A stretch of 64,000 nt of DNA from Marsupella aquatica (Eukaryota > Plantae > Marchantiophyta). Below the pieces are notes generated by a model, which did not search any database, was not told the origin of the DNA, and was given only the letters and a program-made list of their open reading frames with translations. Of the stretch, positions 1 through 12,459 are shown in pieces (within the stretch, counting starts at the first letter, position 1; each line of letters starts with the position of its first letter). Location of the stretch: contig OZ316898.1 of assembly GCA_973895155.1 (NCBI GenBank), positions 15,902,330 to 15,966,329 of the forward strand. Reading direction: 5' to 3'. The position numbers and the translations under genes are program-made.

Positions 1-308
1 ATGTGTCAAGCTGAGAGAGGTCTTAGCGGCTTACCCAAACCAGTTGGGGATCATTCCGGCGGCGGAATCCAAACATACCTAAAAGAAGACCACAAGAGGA
101 AGACAAGGGAAGGCATAGAATAGGCCAACTACGTATCTTATGACCCGATGAAGGATCTTTCCAATATATGTGTGTAAAATGTTAGTAGAGAGTTAGCAGT
201 GTCCCATGTCGCTAAGCCAAAGAACCAGCCTCGCCGAGAGCAAAACCTGCAGGAATCGGCTTGTGCAAGGGGGTTTCTTGGGTTTAGGGAGCCATGGGAC
301 GCATCACA
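1..308 (+). mobile_element. 3' terminus of a family C LTR (opposite orientation to the other copies), cut by the window edge
   Basis: Reverse complement of 30534-30860/43015-43340; ends ...gggacgcatcACA at 308; no PBS follows, so it is a 3' or solo LTR end. Confidence 0.9.
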
Positions 309-860
309 GATCCCAATGAGTACTTTGCATTGTCCACAACTTGTATCCGGGACTGGCTAGCTGGGATCCTCTTAGCCAAGGGAGGTGGAGGTCTCTTGGT
401 GGAAACCGAGGTGGAAACTAGACCTGACAAGTGGCCACCTCCCAACTGAAAGCATTTGAGCTTTCCTCGAGGAGAATGAGGTTTTACATTGCCTCCCAAT
501 GATTGCTGATCTCCTTGGACTCTCTTTGCTTGGCCGCAAGCTGCCCAAAATCTTGTCACACTTTGCCTCGGTTAGTCTTTAAATTGGCCACCCTTCAACT
601 TACAATACTTGGCCGACACTTCCAAAATTGCCTCAGCAATAGACCAAAATCCCTCCTTGTTGATGAACAACTTGGTCATGTAGTCTTGGGTTTTGTTGTA
701 TCCAAAACCCTTTGTGATAGCCGCCTTATCGCATTTGATTTGTGATACCTTGATCATCAACTTAGCACACCTTTTTTTGTAAGCAGCCTTCTTGGGGCAA
801 GAATACCAATAAGTCTCTGATAGCTTGGCTCCTACTTCCCCAAATAAGGTCCATAATCAA
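309..860 (-). pseudogene. gag remnant of element E with degenerate zinc knuckle
   Basis: ORFs 572-760 and 284-559 are in frame across a stop; LKCFQLGGGHL resembles a decayed CCHC knuckle. Confidence 0.45.
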
Positions 861-3800
861 GAGCGATAAGGATCATACTAATCTTCTCTGTTCATTGGTA
901 GATCTCATCCACTATGCAACATTTTCCCCTCCTTTGGGTTGGTCTGTACTCTTCCATGGAGAGCTCCCGCTATTGCCTTATATTTCGTGTTGCTGGATTT
1001 GGCTAAATGCACACTATCCTTCAGTTTTAGTGGTGGACCTTGCCACCCAGCGCCCTCACCAATCCCGACACCCACGTCTAAGTGCCCTCGGTGCCCAAAC
1101 GCCTCCACGGAATTCCTTGAGCAAGCAACCTAGTGCCCCTTGCACCCCCAGTGGCCCCTCCCATTCAAATCCGCACTTGCTCTCCAACGCGACCGCTACT
1201 TAACGGTCCTCACGGTCTGCACAAGCAACCAAGCGCCTCGATAAGTAACCCTTTAGGATCTAGATCTCCCAAGCCTAGCATCCTAACTCAAGCTCAACAG
1301 ACATTGGTAAATAGGTCAGCGATAGGTCCTCCCAACGCCATAAGCCAAAACCAGAACCCACGGCCACTGTTTGTCCAGAACAACTCCTTCCTTGGGCGCG
1401 GCCCGGGTTTCCCCTCGTACCTATCCATCACCAACTGACCACCCTGACCCCAAGACATGCTCATGGGCCAAATAGCGTAGCTTATCCTAAAGCTTGTCCC
1501 AAGCTTTTCCTAACACGTCGGGACCCAGTATGGCCCCGACTCTAGCAACTAACTCCCGGTTTGCACCACTGATGGTCTAGGGGCCAAGCACCCTTGGAAC
1601 TCAACCTCCATGCCTACTTGGCCTTGCCTCCCCGTGTTGTGGAGGGTAACTCACGGGTAGCACACAACCCAAGCAAAGATATTGCTATCTCTACCAGTTC
1701 GTTCCCATGGAAGAACTTAGGGTGGGACCGCAAGCGAAAGACGGATGAACAAACCTTTTAGAAACCAAACAAAACCCCACCTCTATCTTCCAAGAGGCTG
1801 GAGAGTTTTCTCCACTTCAAAACAATAGACTACAACGACAAAACAACAAGACCTAACTCTCCACAAGGACCCCCCCTCATGAGAGTGCCAAATTTACTAA
1901 AATTCTTTACACAAGGTGGCCAGGGAAAACCTGTAAGAAATCACCCTGCTAAAAGCTCACTGGAACAAACCATGTTGCTGGGGTCACATCAGCTCCTCCT
2001 ACCATCAATTGGTTTAATTGCAGAACGAAACTAGGGGCTGAGCCCATTGGTCTTGACTGCAACCCAATCTGCACCGACAGCCCTTGACCAAATCAATACT
2101 TCTTGTCACCTCCCAGCTCTGAAGATTCAGATTGTCACTCATGGGGGTATCTACTAACTCCAGCCAACAAAACAGCCAAATCAAGATAGCAAAACACACA
2201 TGGTGAGAAGGTTGCACTTTCAGATGTACTAAAGTACTCCAAACACAATGACCAAGGAGAACCTATAATCGCTTTGCCAAAAGTCCACATCTAGAAACAC
2301 CAAACAGAAGGAATTGCCAATACGCTGCCAAGGTAAATTGCCTAAACCAAGGCAAACCTGAAATCATAACATAATATTCTCTCCTCACTGAACCTCCAGA
2401 AATCAACCAGATTGGGTACAAGGTAACATCCAAGTACTCAATCCCTCTAAAGCTTAGTTCTCATGTCAACTATAGAATTGGAGTCATAGCAAAGAATGAT
2501 GCAAGAAAAAGAGATTTTATGTAACATCATAAATTTTCCTGGTACAAATGGAACCTCTGTCCAGGGTCCTTCTCCTCACTTCCCTACAACTATCAAACTT
2601 TGGGATCATATGCTTATTGATCTTAGTTTCCACCCCATGTGGGTGAAGTTTCCATTAAACAACCAGGCATCTGTCCCTCAACACAAGAAACTACAATCCT
2701 TAAATACTTTTCAGCCACTTCAATTCACTCAAATCCAAACCTCACCATGGGCTGAGTGCTTCCCTCTCTTACTAGCTCCTAATCAAGCTCCTACTCCAAT
2801 TCAATCCTGGTCCACGTGCTTCAAATCATAGGATCGAATTTCGCGTAGAAAAATTGGAAGCTGTAGATCCCCCTCCGGCATCTGATTTTTCTCTCACCAA
2901 CCAGACCTTGGTTGGTGCTCATAATTTTCCAGAAGGTGTGTCTACTTCCTTTCTACCTCCACAAAAAATATCAGCCAATTTGGTCAAGCGAATGTGGCTC
3001 CAAAAAATATTTGGTGTCGCTAATTTTTCCTACCACGAGTTTTCCGCGATTTTGGCTTCGACAACTTGTGATTCGACATTATCTCTCCAATTCAACTTGT
3101 CTTTCTAGGCCACAATTGCTTCACTTCATTTCTTGCAATTGATGACCACCTAATCCACCATATCTCATCAATCAATTGTTGATGGAGTCTTCACTTCTAC
3201 CTAACTCCATGCCTCAATCAGTCTGATCACCAACTAAGTATTTTCCTATTTCTTTCTTTACTCCTTTGATTCCTCGATCTACCTTTTCTTTCCTCTTCTT
3301 TTGACTACCCTCATCTACATGAGAGTACCATCTTTTCACTTAGGAGTACCCCTCTTTTCACTCAGGAGTACCCCCTTGGTTAACTCGCAACAAAATGGCC
3401 AAATGGCTTAGCGGCCTAGCGGTTTCGTGGCAAAACTACTAGATGCCTATTCCTTGCAATTTTTAAAAATCTAACCTGAACTCCGTTTATGCTAAAATAT
3501 TGCCAGTGCGTTTCTCTACCTATAATCTATTATCTGAAACTCAAACTTTTTGAACTAATCTAAGTCTACCAATAAAATACTTAAAGATGCTAATTTAGTA
3601 TAAAGTTGTAAAAACAGAAAACTATTCTAAGTGTCAAAGAACCAAAGTGTTAATATGCGAAACAAAAATGACCCTAACTTCCTAACGACATGTCCGTTTT
3701 GTCTGATATTTTCTTGGGTATATTTCTCTATCTAAAATCTATCTACTCATCAAAATTTCAGAGTTTTTCATCACCTACAAAGATTTGATTAAAATATCAC

Positions 3801-3964
3801 AAAAAGCTACTCTACCTTAAAACTATCACTATTAACCTCTCACTTAATCTTCTAGGTTCAAAGTTGACCAAGGCCTAAAGCCTTCAACTACACTGAAATT
3901 ACATAGAAAAAGATAACTATAAATCTTAATAAGCTCAAAAATTAACTAACAGCCCTGTGTGACA
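309..3964 (-). mobile_element. Degraded Ty3/gypsy 5' portion (element E): putative LTR ~1892-3964, PBS-like site, leader, gag remnant
   Basis: Starts TGTCACAC on minus at 3964; TGGCACTCTCATGAGGGGG at 1890-1872 resembles the family C PBS TGGCGCTAGATGGAGGGGG; gag-like frames below ~860. Inner LTR end not canonical. Confidence 0.5.
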
Positions 3965-4398
3965 CCTTTAAGGGGGCGCACATCCCCAATGCAAGCTCCC
4001 TTGGGAGACTGAACGCGGCTTGGCTGCTATTTTGGCAGGATTTGGTAAGCGAGCAAGATGACACCCGCAAACCTTGAGAACCTATGGCGCGCACCCCCAG
4101 ACCCAGTTGAGCTCAAGAGGATGTAGCCCTCCTTGAGAGCTTTCCAACACACCCAAGAAGTGGGTATCAACACCGTGCCAGGAAACAGGAAAATCCAAAC
4201 AGGAAATAGCAAAAAGGAAATAGGAAAATAATTCAACCAAAATGTCAACAATATATCCCAAAATAACATGTGCAAAGAGAATATTCCATGAATAACCCGG
4301 CTAGTCAATGGGTAAAAACTCTCGAAATCCAAAGCAATGTTCACTTTTAATCATCCAGGGTTCCAAACATAGCGATCGACTCAAACGTGAAAACATCA

Positions 4399-5930
4399 TA
4401 GTGCCAGGCGCTACCCAAAACTGAATACCGTAATGAAACACAACCATGAAACATCATAGCGCCAGGTGCTACCCAAAAATGAAAAACATAATGATACTAG
4501 TTAACAAAACTCAAGCCAAAATGATTTTTACTAAAGCGAAAACATTGTGTATACACGCTTCTACTAATGAAGCACAATACAAAATTCCAAAATGAGGAGC
4601 CTAAAGTCCACCTCCACCGATTCAAAATTATTCACCGGATCACAGATCGCATCAGCGAAACAAGTATCTTCGAGAGGCCTAAGAGTCTAACCACACAATT
4701 CTATTCAAGAATGCCGGATCAGAAAAAGACCCAAATCCGTCATTGAGCCCTACGAACTGTAGTCAACCTCATTCTAATAGAGTAATCCTCGGTGAAATAA
4801 CCCATTCACAAGCCTAACCTAACCCCAAAATGAAGCACCAAGTGCACCTCCTCCGATTCCAAACTATGAACCGGATAAGGGTCTCCTCCATGAAATGAGT
4901 AGCGCCAGGCGCTACCTAAGACCATGACCACCATGATCCTAGGATGATCCCGGATCAAACGTAGATTCACATTCGTCGTTGAGCCCTGCCTTCTTGCATT
5001 TTGGCTTCTGTCGAAAGCCAAATGTTCGAGTTGCAACGTACCGCGCACTAGGAAGCCTTCGCGAAGGGCGCGATGAAGACTCAGGAAGGTTTGTATCATA
5101 GAAATTGATACGACCAAGAAATTTGGCAGACTGAATTTCCACATCCCATAAGACATTCAATGAAGGATGTTTGGGAGTTGGATAATGAATTGAGAATCTC
5201 TCCTGAAATGGCCTCGAAGGAGAATCAGGAAGCCAAGGAATGTTCCGTTCACCCGGGCTCCTACCCTTGTCCCCAGGCAGCTGGAGACGATTCCTTATGT
5301 CGGAAGTCTCGGTCACACGGCTCTTGGTGTCTGCAATCGACCCGAAGTTGACCGTCTGATCAGTCTGCTGCTCCTTGACGTTGGCACTTCCCTCTGGGGC
5401 CACACAACGTTATCAACATTGACACCAAAATGCTCCATATCGTCAACTGACGGTTACTTTGATCGGGGTACTCAACGCTTGTAGCACAAGAAACAACCTT
5501 CAAGCGCAAAGTATACTTTCCAAACCACAAGAGCACAGTGTGAACATCTGGAATGAAACTCGTCTGGAGGGCTTACTCGAATGTATGCCCCCTCAAAGGA
5601 TCGTTGTTTTTGGATTCAACGGACATACAACCAAACCAACGCATGAGAATGGACCGACGGGGAATATCACCCCAACGGGTGCTAACGTTCATTTCACTTA
5701 ACCGAAAAAACTTCAACTGTAATACTCATTCCGAAAGGCATATTATTGGCTAACGCCTGGCGCTATCAAAAACAAAGTCATTTCCATATCATTTTCGTTC
5801 CTTGAAAATCCTGAAAACATGTTATTTGGTTAACACCAGGCGCTATACAAATACGAGTCACCCAGAGCATGTCCCCAAAAGAATTTGAATCCAAGTTTTG
5901 CAATAGTCTCTAGCATGAAGCTAGGCGCTA
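4399..5930. repeat. TAGCGCCWGGCGCTA palindrome cluster (4399, 4457, 4900, 5751, 5831; half site 5920)
   Basis: Read directly; the first two lie in a ~58-bp tandem repeat. Confidence 0.9.
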
Positions 5931-6426
5931 AAGTGAAATATTGAACTTTCATATTTCTCCAAGCTCACTTGTGAACACAATATACCAATTTGACTACAAA
6001 TATTTGTTCATGTCTGAACATTTTTATACGATGGAAATTATACAAATGGGGTTCTCATAACTGATCTACTCAGATGACTCTGTCTCACTACTATCGGATC
6101 TATCGGTTGACTCCGCCTCATCATCCACAAACTCACTCCGGCACATGTCATCCACAAATTTGTTCACCAAAAACTTCCTATCAGAACCTCTTCTAAGTCT
6201 CAGACCTTTTGTTTCCCAAGATAATGTCCGATACCTCTCTACTTTTCTGGCGGCTTTCTCAGCATAGGATGGGAGAATAAATGGTTTTTCTGGTGTAATC
6301 TCCATAGCTTCAGCGATCGTTTTCCGTATTCCACTCCGACCTGAAAGTTTCATCCATATTAAAACAAACACTAAGTTCACCAAAAATATATTGCTGAAAA
6401 CAGTCGTATATTTGGAGTGAGCTTAC

Positions 6427-7632
6427 GAGCATTACTCAGAAGACTCCTCATCCTCGGAATCATATTTTGATCCTGAGGGATTTGTTTTCTCTGACTGCCT
6501 CATCGTCTCCTAGATTGACAACTAGAATCTCTTCCTCATCAGATTCCCCAGCAACATCCGGCTCGCTCTCTTCGGAATCAAAGTTCAAAATTGATCGTAC
6601 TCTGTCCAAATTCTCTTTCCCTTTCCTTGACAATCTCTTCTCTGGAGTCAGAGTTGACTTTGGCTCCAAAAGGTCAGCTAAGGTACACTTTGAAGCCGTG
6701 ACAAACTCTGTTCGCCCTTCCACCCCAACAACAAATCTACCACAATAGTCTCCCGCCACGAATGAACTTCCTGAGCAACAGGTCTAGTCGATCACAATAT
6801 CCCCTGGACAGGAGATGATCTCTATAACAGACTGCATAAAACCAATTGTGAGCCGCCCGTTTCCACAAGCCACAAATTCTGGCATTGGATCCGACTTTAA
6901 AGATGGAAGTCCTATCAGATTTATAAAATTTGAAGGATCTTCGGAAGGAGATAATGGACGGAACTTGGGATCTTTTGGTATTGTTGATTTTCTCAAAACC
7001 CGACCGAATATATCCAACCGCAGCGTGAAGATCTACAAAACAATAGAATAGTAAGGTCATGAAACAAAAAGACGTAGATTAGCGCCTAGCGCTGGCCAAA
7101 ATGAACGATATGCAAGATTAGCGCCTGGCGCTGGCCAAAATGGATGTCATTAATTACCTGAGTGTCAGACTTAGGTTTGTACATAGGAAACCCCATGACA
7201 ACTGTATACGATGCAATACAGTCAAACTTTGCGACTGTTGGCATGCAGATATCACTTCCAAAATCTGGTCATATTCTCCAGTGTGAAGAATAGCCAGAAG
7301 TCCGTCGTCCGATAGGAAAGGGTCCATTGCGCTAAAGAAAGCCCCAGGGAGAGAGTGGTCTTGAACATTCCATTTCGGGACTTTCTTGTCAAAAAGTGAT
7401 GGCCTCAGTCTGGTAGGCAAATATAGAAATCCAGCATCGACACCAAATGCCCTAACTTTTCCACCTCTAATAACCCCCTTCGACCGAGAACCCGACTTCA
7501 CAAGATTCTTTCCCCAGGCCTCTACCTGAGAAACCCAAGATGGCTTCTCTTCCCTCTGAAACACACTATCGTAGAACTCTGCCAAGGTAGACTCCACAAA
7601 TGTGTGCCTGGTTTTATTCCCCTTGAAGTCCC
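6427..7632 (-). pseudogene. Exons 3(part)-4: beta-class amino-methyltransferase-like domain (N6_N4_Mtase fold)
   Basis: ISCPGDIVID*TCCSGSSFVAGDYCGRFVVGVE matches motif I (PGDxVLDPFxGSGTT..A...GR..IGxE); upstream VDAGFLYLPT at the motif IV position and FLSDDGLLAILH at the motif VI position. Confidence 0.75.
7080..7133. repeat. Two palindrome copies in intron 3 (39-bp tandem unit)
   Basis: TAGCGCCTAGCGCTG at 7080 and TAGCGCCTGGCGCTG at 7119. Confidence 0.9.
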
Positions 7633-8958
7633 TGTCGTATAGTGCTAAGTATCAAAAGTGACTTTTCTCACCTAAAACCAGGGTTTCGATCCCTTTAAGA
7701 ACAAATTTCAGAATGAATTGTATAACTTTTATCACTCTGAGTGATTTAGAGTCCTGAGCTCTATGCTGACTTCACTTTTCAACGAAAAAAATAAATAAAC
7801 AAACAACCAAGTAACTGAACTTCTGATTTATGAATCAAAGAAGAAATGAGTAAGGATTTAGAGACTACAAGCTGCTACTGCCACTCCTTCAGAAAGGATT
7901 TGGACTCAGTATAGACATGAAATCTGTCTCATAATTCATCAATCTCACGCTTCAAAACACAAAGATTAATGATAATGGAATTCTCAATCTGATAAACTAG
8001 AAGCTTTCTGGTTGCAAATGAATGATATGATTTAAAATGCCGTCAACATGGTTTGACGTCGGCGATGCGCCATTCAGTCAAACTCTAAACCATATTCCAG
8101 AATCAAAGCAACGGTACTGACTACTCTGAGAATCAGAATTTACTTCTCACTTATCATTAACTATTCTTGAATTGGCTAGCGAATCCTGACTCTGCAAGCA
8201 AGCCTAGCAGTGAATTCAATACGAGTTTCAGAAATCTGTAACTGAATTCAATCACCATAGGAATCTCTTGAATTCAATCTCAACTTCAATCAATACAGCT
8301 TTACTTTCATACAAAACACTCATAGCATGCCTTGTTACAATGGAAGGAGGAGGAAACTATTCAGAAGACTCAATTCTGAATACAGTATTAGGTCTATTTC
8401 TCTCTACTTCAAATGAGCACTCTACTCTGTCTTATAAATGCTGGAATCCAAAAATGGAGGAGGCAAGAACAGTCGTGCCTTTCCAAGCTTAAAACTACAC
8501 CAGGGAGAAGTACAGCATAAGTACTTCCAGGGTGGCAAAATACTACTCTACTAGTAATCTACTTCAAAAACTAAGTCTAAGTGTCGAGCGGACGTTGTTA
8601 GAAGCGTCGTGAGTAGAAGCGGACGCTGCTGAAAGCGTCTTAAGTAAAACCAACGGACGCTGCTCACAGCGTCGTGTGTTGAAGCGGACGCTTTCCAGAG
8701 CGTCGGTCGAAATCCTCATAGAGTCTTGGTGGCAGTCGGGCGCTGCTGAAAGCGTCATGAGTAAAAGAAACGGACGCTTGTCACAACGTCGGGCAAAGTA
8801 CACTAGGAATTGTCAGGAAAGCCGGAGATGTCAAATATTTCTATAAGTGTCCAGAACAAGTAAATGTTGGCCGGAGGCGTCTAAAGTGTAAGTAAATCTT
8901 GAGATATGCTAAAAATAAACAAGTTTCCAGAAAAAATTGCAGGAACACCCATACCACA
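7633..8958 (-). repeat. Element A 3' LTR (1326 bp)
   Basis: TG...CA on minus; about a dozen substitutions and one 30-bp indel versus the 5' LTR; PPT TTAAGTGGAGGGCTA at 8973-8959. Confidence 0.97.
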
Positions 8959-9035
8959 TAGCCCTCCACTTAAATTTTGCCGTGTCCCCACAAGACATGA
9001 CCGAATTGAATCAGAAGCAAGTGACATGTTCTTCA

Positions 9036-9404
9036 TTAATAATCTTCTGGCTTAATAATCCAAGTAGTGTTCAAAATCATTGACGGGAGTTGGGAGATAT
9101 CCGGATCCAGAATATAAAAATCGAGGTCATGGAATTCTTCTCCGATCTGTATTGGGATTCCTTTAACTCTCCCCCAAAGATTAATGATTCGTCCATCGAT
9201 TGATATCTGAGCAGATATGGGTTGTACTTCTTGATGAACAAATTGCTGGCACAGTCTATGGGAGAGGAAATTAATTCGAGAGCCTGGATCAATAACAAAG
9301 TGTTGAATAGCATGTCCTCCCAGCTTGATCTTGCCTTCAAAGGAATGTTGGAAAGCACGGGGTAAAGAACTCCAACAATCCATAGTAGCTTTGATGTTCC
9401 ACAT
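9036..9404 (-). CDS. Second, stand-alone retropepsin-like ORF in element A
   Basis: FVIDPGSRINFLS...GRVKGIPIQIG...LDFYIL...MILNTTWI follows the retroviral aspartic protease template. Confidence 0.65.
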   Translation of the reverse strand: MWNIKATMDCWSSLPRAFQHSFEGKIKLGGHAIQHFVIDPGSRINFLSHRLCQQFVHQEVQPISAQISIDGRIINLWGRVKGIPIQIGEEFHDLDFYILDPDISQLPSMILNTTWIIKPEDY

Positions 9405-9524
9405 GAGCAGATAAATATTAATTCGAAGGAGAAAGAAGGAAACAAATGCAGGATGCTGCAAAAGTAACGGCTTATATACATATAAATGACAACACCGTTT
9501 GATATCTCTCATAAATGGTATCCT

Positions 9525-12122
9525 TCAAATATGTGTCCTAGACAAAATACCTTGAATAATCACATCCGGATAAGAAGGAATAATAGGTAGGAACGCTAAA
9601 CACCTAAGCGACTTGAACCCTTGGGAAGTCGGTAGCATACATTGTTTTGTAATCAACTGCTCCCTTAGCTTAACAAGCTCCTTCTCATATTTAATTGGAA
9701 TAGCAAACCCATCAGGACAAACCCAAACATAGTATGGATAGGGCCATGGAATTTCCGGTACAATGGGTGGAAATGGAGCTTGAGCTCGTCGAAGCATATA
9801 CACCCAGCACCAAATTTTGAACTCCGAAAACTTATGTCGTCTGTCCTTATCAATGGGAGGAACCGCCTTCCCAGGTTCATATGTGCGAATCAAACTACGA
9901 ATCCTCGGATGGGATGTCATTGGCAAAATCTGCTGCTGCTGCAAAATGCTCTCCATCTCCAAATGTCGAAAAGCTACCCGAAAATGTTTCTTCTCCCAAC
10001 TGTGAATTGAAGCCAAGTTAGGGATAGGATTTTGAGGTGATAAATCCACTGTATGCCGAAGTCGAGGAGGTACTCTGATAATGCGAGGGTCTTCGTCTTC
10101 TTCCCCATCACTTGGTGCTCCTATCCAACAGAAAATTACATCTGGCATAGCGGAAGGGATCACTGACTCCTTAATTGGCCGAATTGGCAATGTAACAGGA
10201 GACAAAGGAGCAGAAGGTTCTGGCTCCAGTGGTTCAAAATCTTCTCTTGCAACAGCAGCTGGTTGATCTGCAGTGGGATGCATTGGTACTAAAACAGGAA
10301 GTTCTTCTTCAAAATTATCGCTAGGTAAAGAGACTTCCTGGTTAGTTCGATCTGCCAAAAGTACAGGAAGGGGTAGCTCGTCTGTCCCGATAGGTGCTTC
10401 TCCCTGTTCAAAATCCTGGGAAGATGCTTCAGGAAAGATCTATCGACTGTTAGCATGGCACAACCGTTTCCAAAGTTTTCGAGTATACGTCACTGAAAAC
10501 TCCTCCCGAATGTGTTTACCCTTGTTTGTAGCCAACGAAACTGGTGCTGAGCTGGTTGCCGAAATGGGGGTCTCGGGTACCAATATGGGTACAGATATAC
10601 CCCTATTCCCAGATACCTGATTGCGACTTGGAAAACCAGCAGAGCCTCCTTCAATCAACTCATCTTTAGGAGAAACCCATTTTACAGGTGGAAATGAAGG
10701 AGCTCCTATCTCGGCTATTGCCTCATCTAATTCTTTAGTTATATCCAAAGGAATCGATATGAATGAACCAGGTGTAGGCCAGGCAGGGGATCTTGCGACA
10801 GATTGGGGAGAAGTCATTGGATCACCTACTTCATCTATATCTACAATTGCATCCTCCGAATCAACTTTAACCAGCTTCACAATCTCTGAGCTTAATATTG
10901 CCAAAGGTTCTACTGACTCCTGGACCAGAGGGATTTCACCTATACTTGGGCTAGAACTAAGAGAGTCGGACGAATCATACTCCTGTAAAGCCTGCAAAGC
11001 ATCACTATTTGCCTCTATGGGAACCAAAACAGGGGTGGAAGTAAATCCATCATACTCGTCCTCAGCAGTAGAATGTTGAAGAGGTTCCCCTGAAAAGCCT
11101 TCTTCATCCACCCTCACCTCATCTTCAACATTCTTCCGAGAAGCAGAATTATCCTGATCAAAATCATAAATAGGCTCGGCAGCACAAGGTGAAGGCGAGA
11201 GTCGAGGTGACATAGAATGCTCCAACCCTGTTGGCATTGCTGAAGAAACATCTTCAGCAACTTGAGCCTTTCTTGGTCGGTGAAGAATCGGATCGTCACT
11301 CCCTTCAGCTGATGCTCTTGTCTCTTTCAATTTCCGAACTTCACCCACCAGTTCAGGTTCCTCACAGTCGAGTATTGCACATAGCTCTACCACTGTGGAA
11401 TTGGCTTGGACTTCTCGTACTTCAGGCATATCATTTGCTTCACCAGTAGATGCTCTCTGATTGTTGCGATAAAAATCTTTTTCCAAGGCAAGCAGACAGT
11501 CATACTTATGGTAAATGTGAGCTAAATAAGGGGCCAAGTAGGTACACCTTATTTTCCTCGTTTTCAGCTTGCTACAATTTTTTTTGACCTGAGTATGAAT
11601 TACTCGGTGCAAAACCTTCGTCCAATTGATAGATTGCGTCTGTTCTAATGAACAGATCACCGTTGCAGCGAACGAAAGAGTGATGCGCGTCTGGCTTTCT
11701 GGGTAGAAAATTGGTGCCAAAAATCAAAATAGACGCTACAGAGAATTATCTAAGCAGTCCGCCGCTAGCAATCCATTCCGCCTCTTGAAAGATCCTGGAG
11801 CAAAGAAGGATTCTACATAAACCCGAGGCTCACAATCAACCTTCTGTAAATCCTCGCCCTCCATCGGCGTCGAATAGACCTCTGCTATGAGCGCTTCAGT
11901 CCAAACACTGGGATGCGAGCGCACACCAATCCTTTCTTCAGCATCCCAGACACCTTGATCGATAAGGCTGAATTCGCAAATCTTCCAAGGAAGTTGAAGC
12001 AGCTTCTTCAAGCCCATTTTTGCCAGAGCCGTCCTCAACTGCCGCCTATGCACTGCATTCGATGGAATGTCTACGAGTATTGGTCTCATCGTCAGCTCAG
12101 TCTCCGCCATCGCGTGACTCAT
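9525..12122 (-). pseudogene. Element A extra ORF downstream of pol (PMD/plant-transposon-protein-like N-terminus)
   Basis: ORFs 11736-12122, 10440-11720, 9525-10358 are one frame; clear similarity to the element D ORF. Confidence 0.8.
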
Positions 12123-12459
12123 TAGCTCTGTAAGCTCAGTGAGAATCGTGTTCCATAGTGAACTAGATCGAAGCGCGACTGCTTACTCCTCAGCGTCCCA
12201 TTGAGCTGTTGCAATCCGCCGTCGTACAAGACGCCTAGTCATCGGCTCATAGCGTCTCATGCAACTGAACTAATACAAAAGTGGACGCTGCGCACGGCAT
12301 CCTTTGTAAACTAAGTGGACGCTTCCCCAGCGTCGAGTTACAATGGACGCTGCTCACAGCGTCTAATGTAAAAACTGAAAGTAACTTAAAAAAATTCCGA
12401 ATACTTACTAGGGAGGGTCACTAATTCTAACTAAGTACAACTACCGCCCTCCACTTAAA

